From assembly GCA_947627805.1 (NCBI GenBank), contig CANQXB010000003.1, positions 1 to 41,398 on the forward strand: a stretch of DNA of 41,398 nucleotides. The letters are read 5' to 3'. Position 1 is the stretch's first letter; the number at the start of each line of letters is the position of its first letter. Both the position numbers and the translations under genes were made by a program. The DNA comes from an uncultured Bacilli bacterium (lineage in GTDB: Bacteria > Bacillota_I > Bacilli_A > RF39 > UBA660). Under the pieces are notes generated by a model. That model ran no database searches, was not told the DNA's origin, and saw only the letters and a list, made by a program, of their open reading frames with translations. Below, piece by piece: positions 35,303-41,398 of the stretch.

Positions 35303-37501
35303 ATGCAAAATTTAAAAAAATTATTTTCTCAAGAAATGTTAATTAATTATGTCTTTATTTTTTATATTTTATCAATCATTTTAGATTTGCATTTATTTTA
35401 TAATAGTATATCTACTTTAATAAGAGTGGTAATTATTACAATTTTATTTTTAATAATCTTCATTTTTTATAGTAATAAAAAAGAAAAGAGGCTATTAATT
35501 GCTTATTTTTTAGCTTTAAGTGTTTATATTATTATGCACTTAATCAATGTAAATAATTTTAAAGTTAGTTTTATTACGCATTACAGTAATTTAGATGAAC
35601 TATTATATTTTTGGAAAATGTTAATGAATGTTTTTCTTATTTTTATAGTTTATAAATTAAATATTAATAAAGATAAGTTTTATAAATTAATTACTTTAGC
35701 GGCCTTTTTAATTTCTAGTAGTATTGTCATTAGTAATTTATTTAAAATAGGTTATACTTCTTATGATTTTATAAGACCTAAGTATAGTATTTTTAACTGG
35801 TTTCAATTTAAAAATATTTCTTTTGTAACGGCTTCCACTAAAGGATATTTTCATTTAACTAATCAAATTTCCGCTATTTTAATTTTATATTTACCTATTT
35901 TATTTATTTATTTAAAAGAAAAAATTACTTTTAGTAAAGTTATTACAATAATCTTAGTTTTAACATCTCTTTTTATGTTAGGAACAAGAGTATCTAATTA
36001 TTCACCATTTATTATTTTGTTAATTACCTTTATTGCTACTTTAATAGTTTCTCTTTTAAATCGTCAATTTTCGAAAGGCTTTATGCTTTTATTAGTTTTA
36101 TTTGGTCTATATTCTTATACTTTATATAGTAATTCACCCCTTTTAAGTCGTAATCTTTATTATGATACTTTATTTAAAGAAAAAGAATTAAGTAAAGATA
36201 GTAAAGAATACCAAGAACTAGCCAGTAAAAAATTAAGTGATTTAAGCAATGAAGAATTACATACTTATTTAGGTTATTTTAATATTGATGAAGATTTTTA
36301 TAATACTTATTATCCTTTAGAAAAAGACCGTTTATTTTATGAAAATTATTTAAGTTTAAATACTTTAAAAATAAATGATACTAGATTTTTAGAAAAAAAA
36401 GTTATTGAAAGAGTTAAAGAATTAAATGATAATAAATTAGATACCTATTTGGGAATCGGCTATGACAGAGTTATTAATATTTTTAATATTGAATCTGATT
36501 ATGTTATGCAATATTATGCTTTAGGAATTATAGGGGTAATCCTTTTACTCGGAGTTAACATTGTTCTCATCTTATATATGGGCTTTAAAATGTTATTTAA
36601 TTTAAAAAAATATTTTACTTTGGAAAATATTTTACTTTTATTTAGTATTAGTTATTATCTTTTAGCATCCTTTTTTACCGGGAATATTTTAAATGCTATT
36701 AGTACCATTATTCCGGTGTCTTTGGTAATAGGGTTTGCTTTAAGTAATTTAAAAAAAGAAAAGTTAGAAGATAATGAATATTATTTAGGCTTTAAAACAA
36801 GCACTAAAAGTAAAGAAGAAATTTTAGATAAGATTTTTAAAAGTTCAAAACAAAATATCATTTATAATATTAATCCTTTAATTATTATGAATTTTTTCCA
36901 TAATGAAAAAGTAAAAGAAGAAATTAATAAAAGTGAATATAACATTCCTGATGGTAGTGGTATTGTTTTAGCCTCAATGCTTACCAGTCATAATATTAAA
37001 AAAACTATTCCAGGTGTGGAATTTATGGAAGATATCTGTAAAAAAAGTATGCAAAATAACTATAAAATTTATTTATATGGTAGTAAGGAAGAAAGTGTTA
37101 AAAAAACAAAAGAAGTTTTAGAAAAAAAATATAAAAAAATTCAAATAGTTGGGTGTCTTAATGGTTATAATAAAGATAAGAAGAAAGATGCTAAGAAGAT
37201 AGCCTCAAGTAAATGCGATATTCTCTTTGTCGCTTTAGGTAGTCCAAGCCAAGAAGAATTTATTATAGAGAATAAAGAATTATTTAAAGATATTAAAATT
37301 ATTATGCCAGTAGGAGGTTCTTTTGATGCTTTAAGTGGTAATGTTAAAAGAGCTCCGAAGATATTCCAAAAGTTAAAAATAGAGTGGTTATATCGCATGA
37401 TTAAAGAGCCTAAAAGAATTAAAAATTTATTTTCTTTAATTAAGTTTGGTTTTCTAGTATTATTAGGTAATTTTTGGTATAATAGAAAAGTAATGAAATA
37501 G
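35303..37501 (+). CDS. O-antigen ligase/polymerase-like membrane domain fused to WecB/TagA/CpsF glycosyltransferase
   Basis: About 480-aa polytopic domain (G.F...NQISA, LGTRV, LGIGY...IESD) then NP, IPDGSGIV, PGVEFM, LFVALGSPSQE, VGGSFD..SG.VKRAP, EWLYRM..EP.R. Confidence 0.85.
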   Translation: MQNLKKLFSQEMLINYVFIFYILSIILDLHLFYNSISTLIRVVIITILFLIIFIFYSNKKEKRLLIAYFLALSVYIIMHLINVNNFKVSFITHYSNLDELLYFWKMLMNVFLIFIVYKLNINKDKFYKLITLAAFLISSSIVISNLFKIGYTSYDFIRPKYSIFNWFQFKNISFVTASTKGYFHLTNQISAILILYLPILFIYLKEKITFSKVITIILVLTSLFMLGTRVSNYSPFIILLITFIATLIVSLLNRQFSKGFMLLLVLFGLYSYTLYSNSPLLSRNLYYDTLFKEKELSKDSKEYQELASKKLSDLSNEELHTYLGYFNIDEDFYNTYYPLEKDRLFYENYLSLNTLKINDTRFLEKKVIERVKELNDNKLDTYLGIGYDRVINIFNIESDYVMQYYALGIIGVILLLGVNIVLILYMGFKMLFNLKKYFTLENILLLFSISYYLLASFFTGNILNAISTIIPVSLVIGFALSNLKKEKLEDNEYYLGFKTSTKSKEEILDKIFKSSKQNIIYNINPLIIMNFFHNEKVKEEINKSEYNIPDGSGIVLASMLTSHNIKKTIPGVEFMEDICKKSMQNNYKIYLYGSKEESVKKTKEVLEKKYKKIQIVGCLNGYNKDKKKDAKKIASSKCDILFVALGSPSQEEFIIENKELFKDIKIIMPVGGSFDALSGNVKRAPKIFQKLKIEWLYRMIKEPKRIKNLFSLIKFGFLVLLGNFWYNRKVMK

Positions 37502-37508
37502 GTGAGTT

Positions 37509-38291
37509 ATGAAAAATATCATTTATAGTTTAAAAAAATATAAGTTTTTACTTTATGAACTCGTTTCTAGAGACTTTAAAGTTAAATACAAAAGAAGTGT
37601 TTTAGGGGTATTATGGAGTTTGCTTTACCCCGTTTTAACAATGTGTGTTATGGCTTTAGTATTTTCTAATATGTTTAGAGTTAGTATGCCAGGAGTAAAT
37701 TATTTAGTTTATTTAATGAGTGGTCTTATTATCTTTAACTACTTTAGTGAAGCTTCAAATTTAGCTATGAGTAGTGTCGTAGGTAATTTCTCCTTAATTA
37801 ATAAAGTTTATATTCCAAAATATATATTTCCTTTATCTAAATGTATCTTTGTCGGAATTAACTTTCTTTTAACTTTAATTCCTTTATATGCCATTATTCT
37901 TCTTACGGGAACCGGTCTTAATATTTATCATTTATTATTACCATTTGCTTATCTTTGCTTGTTCTTTTTTACCGTTGGTATAGGTTTTATTTTATCGACT
38001 ATTGCCGTTTTCCTTAGAGATATGTTCTATATATATGGGGTAATGCTTACGTTATGGATGTATGTAACCCCAATTATGTATGACTTTGCAATGATTCCAG
38101 CCTCATTCCAACCAATATTTAAATTAAATCCTTTATATTGGATAATCTATTTTGTAAGAGATATTATTTTATATAATCAAATTCCTCCTTTAAATGTTTG
38201 GATTTATTGTGCGGTTTTTGCTCTAGGATTTTTAGGAATAGGAATGTTTGTCTTTAAAAAATATCAAGACAAATTTATCTATTATGTGTGA
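37509..38291 (+). CDS. Polysaccharide ABC transporter permease (Wzm/TagG/RgpC-like)
   Basis: LVSRDFKVKYKRSVLG.LWSLL.P, TPIMY, LNPL motifs. Confidence 0.92.
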   Translation: MKNIIYSLKKYKFLLYELVSRDFKVKYKRSVLGVLWSLLYPVLTMCVMALVFSNMFRVSMPGVNYLVYLMSGLIIFNYFSEASNLAMSSVVGNFSLINKVYIPKYIFPLSKCIFVGINFLLTLIPLYAIILLTGTGLNIYHLLLPFAYLCLFFFTVGIGFILSTIAVFLRDMFYIYGVMLTLWMYVTPIMYDFAMIPASFQPIFKLNPLYWIIYFVRDIILYNQIPPLNVWIYCAVFALGFLGIGMFVFKKYQDKFIYYV

Positions 38292-38298
38292 GGTTATT

Positions 38299-39066
38299 AT
38301 GAATAAAGATAATATGGTTGAAGTAAAAGATGTTTCGATGCGTTTTAATTTAGGAATTGACAAAGGATTTTCTTTAAAGCAAGGCTTTGTTAATTTATTC
38401 GACCCAAAAATGCGCAAGAAACATAAAGAAGATAAAAAGAAAAATGAATTTTGGGCTTTAAAAGATGTTAGTTTTACCGTTAAAAAAGGCGAAGTTATTG
38501 GCTTTATTGGCAGTAATGGGGCTGGTAAATCAACACTTTTAAAAGTAGTAGCGGGGGTTATGAAACCTACTAAGGGTAAAGTAAATGCTTATGGTAATAT
38601 TTGTCCCATGATTGAACTTGGAGCAGGCTTTGATATGGATTTAACGGCTCGGGAAAACATCTATTTAAATGGGGCCGTTATGGGTTATTCTAAAGATTTT
38701 TTAGATTCTAAATTTAAAGAAATAGTCGAATTTTCCGAACTGGAAGATTTCTTAGATGTACCGGTTAAGAATTTTTCTTCTGGTATGATTGCCCGTCTTG
38801 CTTTTAGTATTGCCACGATTGTGGACCCGGAAATTTTAATTGTCGATGAAATATTATCAGTTGGTGATATTGCTTTTCAAGCGAAAAGTGAAGCGAAAAT
38901 GCTTAGTATGATTACCGGTGGAACCACCGTTTTATATGTATCTCATTCGACTGAATCCATTAAAAAATTATGTGATAAAGTAGTTTGGATTGAACATGGT
39001 GAAATTCAAGATATTGGGGGAAAAGAAGTGTGTGATAAATATATAAAGGCGATGAAAGGAAATTAA
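38299..39066 (+). CDS. Polysaccharide ABC transporter ATPase (Wzt/TagH/RgpD-like), no C-terminal carbohydrate-binding domain
   Basis: FWALKDVSF, GSNGAGKST, FSSGMIARLAF, ILIVDE; start ATG 38299 behind RBS GAGG. Confidence 0.93.
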   Translation: MNKDNMVEVKDVSMRFNLGIDKGFSLKQGFVNLFDPKMRKKHKEDKKKNEFWALKDVSFTVKKGEVIGFIGSNGAGKSTLLKVVAGVMKPTKGKVNAYGNICPMIELGAGFDMDLTARENIYLNGAVMGYSKDFLDSKFKEIVEFSELEDFLDVPVKNFSSGMIARLAFSIATIVDPEILIVDEILSVGDIAFQAKSEAKMLSMITGGTTVLYVSHSTESIKKLCDKVVWIEHGEIQDIGGKEVCDKYIKAMKGN

Positions 39067-39069
39067 ATT

Positions 39070-40149
39070 TTGAAGAAAGTAGTATTTTTTAGTAAAAATT
39101 TAAATATTGGTGGCATGGAAAAAGCTTTAGTAAATTTATTAAATGCTTTAAGCGAATATTATGAAGTAACTTTAGTTTTAGAAGAAAAAACAGGTATTTT
39201 ACTAAAAAGTTTAGCTAAAGATATTCAAGTTTTAGAGTACCAACTTTCCAAGAATAAGATTGCCTTTTTAAGAAAAATAATTAATATGGGTAAAAGAATA
39301 GTTTGGAGTTTAAAGTACTATCATAAATTTGCTTTTGCATGTAATTATGCTACTTATTCTTACATTGGTTCAAGACTTGCTCAAATATCATCTTTAAATA
39401 GTGCTTTATATATTCATAGTAATTATTATGGTTATTTTAAAGAGAATAAAGAAGACTATCAAAATTTCTTTAATAATCACCATTTAAATAAATTTAAACA
39501 TTTAATCTTTGTTTCTAAAGAAAGCAAAGAAGCATTTACAAAAATATACCCAGAATATCAAGATAAATGTGTTATTATTAATAATATTGTGGATTACAAA
39601 AATATTTTAAAAGACTCTTTAGAAAAAGTTAATTTTAAATTTAAAAGAAATGATAAGAATTTTCTTTTTTTAGGAAGACTCGATAATAGTTCTAAAAATT
39701 TTCCTTTATTATTAAATTCCTTTAATGAAGCTCTAAAAAAAGATAAATCTTTAAAACTTTTTATCATTGGAAGTGGACCTGATAAGAAAAATATTGTAAA
39801 ATATATAAAAGAAAAAGCATTAGAAGAAAATATTTTTTTACTGGGGGAAAAGAAAAATCCTTACCCTTATTTAAAAAGAAGTGATGTTTTAATTATGACT
39901 TCTTTTTATGAAGGATTTCCTGTTGTCTTTTTAGAGGCTTTAGTTTTAAATAAGCCTATTATGACCACGGTTATTATGCAAGATAATTATCTTAATATGC
40001 AAAATTATGCAACTTTGTTAGAAAAGAATGAAAAAGATATTGCAAAGAAAATATTAGATTTTAAAAAAGAAAATAAAAAATATTTAATTGATTTTAAGGA
40101 GTATAATTTAAAAATCATTGAAGAAATAAAAAAGTTAGTTGAGGTGTAG
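39070..40149 (+). CDS. GT4-family (GT-B) glycosyltransferase
   Basis: GGMEK N-terminus, LGRL, IGSGP, NPYPY, S.YEGFP.V.LEA (EX7E). Confidence 0.9.
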   Translation: MKKVVFFSKNLNIGGMEKALVNLLNALSEYYEVTLVLEEKTGILLKSLAKDIQVLEYQLSKNKIAFLRKIINMGKRIVWSLKYYHKFAFACNYATYSYIGSRLAQISSLNSALYIHSNYYGYFKENKEDYQNFFNNHHLNKFKHLIFVSKESKEAFTKIYPEYQDKCVIINNIVDYKNILKDSLEKVNFKFKRNDKNFLFLGRLDNSSKNFPLLLNSFNEALKKDKSLKLFIIGSGPDKKNIVKYIKEKALEENIFLLGEKKNPYPYLKRSDVLIMTSFYEGFPVVFLEALVLNKPIMTTVIMQDNYLNMQNYATLLEKNEKDIAKKILDFKKENKKYLIDFKEYNLKIIEEIKKLVEV

Positions 40150-40150
40150 T

Positions 40151-41398
40151 ATGGAAAAATATATTCATTATTGTTGGTTTGGGGGTAAACCTTTACCAAA
40201 ATTAGCGAAAAAATGCCTTAAAAGTTGGCAAAAGTATTTACCCGATTATAAAATAATTGAATGGAATGAAAATAATTTTGATGTCAATATGACGAAGTTT
40301 TCTAAGGGAGCTTATGAAGAGAAGAAATGGGCTTTTGTTAGTGATGTAGCTAGAATTTATGCTTTAAAAAATTATGGAGGCATTTATTTTGATACCGATA
40401 TGATGTTAACAAAAGATGTGCACTTCTTAGAAGAAGATGAGTTATTTGCGGGTTGGGAATCCGAGTTCTATGTCGCTGTTGGTGTTTTAGGAGCTTCCCA
40501 TAAAGAAAATAAATTAATAAATAAATTATGGGATTTTTATTTAAATACGGAATTTGATTCAGGAATGATGTCTTCGGTATCTATTCCTGTTTTGTTAACC
40601 AATTTATTGAAAAGTGAATATAAATTACTTCCTGCTCATGAAGTTAATCAAGAATTAAAAGATGGAATAAAAATCTATGCTAAAGATTATTTTTATCCCA
40701 TTAGTTGTGATGATAGTCCTAATACTTTTACGGCTAATACTTGTATGATTCACTATTATGTGGCCAGTTGGGTGGAAAGTAGTGCCAAAAGAAGATTAAA
40801 ATTTCAAATTAAGTTTGGCAAAAAATGGGGTAATCTGATTTTAGATTTTTTAATCGGTTGCAAAAAAGTTCTAAAAAGCATTTTAAAAGTTATTTTATAC
40901 CCTTTAGTTTTAATTAGAAGAAAACATTGGAAAGATACCTTGTATGAAATTAAGAAAAAAGAATTTTTAGAAGAGGCTAAAAAGGTTAAAAATAATCAGA
41001 ATATTGTTTTTTATAATAAATATTGGTTAGGTACTAAAAATGCGGCTTTAGAATTATTTGAAAATGCAGTTGGTATTGAAGAAATAGAAGATGAAAGAAT
41101 TAGTGATGATATTGTGAGTTATATAAGTGAGAAAAAAATTCCTTTAGTTATCTTTAGTGCTTTTGCCATTGGTTGGGATGATTTAATTATTAAAATTAAA
41201 GAAAATTGTCCCAAAGTGAAGATTAAAATTATTTGGCATGGAAGTAATGCCATGAATTCAGAAGAATATGATTGGGAAAGTTTTAAAACCATTTTTGATT
41301 TATTAAATAAAAATATTTTAGCAAGTATTGCTTTTGTTAAAAAAAGTATGTATGAATTTTATAAAGAAAAAGGTTATAATGTGGAATTCTTACTTAAT
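40151..41398 (+). CDS. GT32-type DXD glycosyltransferase fused to a second GT-B-like domain, truncated at window end (absent from the ORF track)
   Basis: Hand translation: MEKYIHYCWFGG...SW....PDY.IIEWNE...WAFVSDVAR...GGIYFDTD...FYP...HYY.ASW; frame stays open for 416 codons to the edge, with a later IIWHGS motif. Confidence 0.88.
   Translation, partial: MEKYIHYCWFGGKPLPKLAKKCLKSWQKYLPDYKIIEWNENNFDVNMTKFSKGAYEEKKWAFVSDVARIYALKNYGGIYFDTDMMLTKDVHFLEEDELFAGWESEFYVAVGVLGASHKENKLINKLWDFYLNTEFDSGMMSSVSIPVLLTNLLKSEYKLLPAHEVNQELKDGIKIYAKDYFYPISCDDSPNTFTANTCMIHYYVASWVESSAKRRLKFQIKFGKKWGNLILDFLIGCKKVLKSILKVILYPLVLIRRKHWKDTLYEIKKKEFLEEAKKVKNNQNIVFYNKYWLGTKNAALELFENAVGIEEIEDERISDDIVSYISEKKIPLVIFSAFAIGWDDLIIKIKENCPKVKIKIIWHGSNAMNSEEYDWESFKTIFDLLNKNILASIAFVKKSMYEFYKEKGYNVEFLLN

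Noticed and set aside
1-41398. Mycoplasma-type genetic code 4, suggested by the low GC
   Set aside because: Conserved genes are full length under code 11, use TGG for Trp, and sigK, mutM and wzm end at TGA in the expected positions. No tRNA or rRNA genes were seen.

Overview
Very AT-rich (roughly 25% GC by eye) chromosomal segment of a low-GC Bacilli-type firmicute that uses genetic code 11 (TGA is a stop). The Bacillus-type dnaB/dnaI/dnaD genes, sporulation genes and short intergenic regions suggest an RF39/Erysipelotrichales-like lineage; this is inference only. Housekeeping genes: dnaB (partial), dnaI, recA, rny, rnj, ftsY-ylxM-ffh, secE-nusG, polA-mutM-cca-dnaD-nth, hup, uppP. Sporulation genes: an uninterrupted pro-sigK and spoIVA with a sigmaE-type promoter. 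The window ends in a cell-envelope locus: an SH3/hydrolase/dockerin protein, a membrane-anchored cohesin-like protein, tagO, an O-antigen-ligase-like/TagA fusion, wzm/wzt and glycosyltransferases. The most notable observations are: (1) a complete 1693-bp IS30-family element with 28-bp IRs and an unusually long 11-bp target duplication, whose terminal TGA replaces the host stop codon and whose two non-coding ends each carry a sigmaA-like promoter plus a structured RNA candidate on the strand opposite the transposase; (2) a pseudoknot + long hairpin + terminator element between a secreted-protein gene and spoIVA; (3) a candidate sRNA between dnaI and recA; (4) a non-cellulosomal dockerin-cohesin pair linked to a cell-wall hydrolase; (5) an XRE-TM-extracellular regulator next to a secreted protein. 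All RNA structures, promoters and domain calls were made by eye, without folding or database searches.
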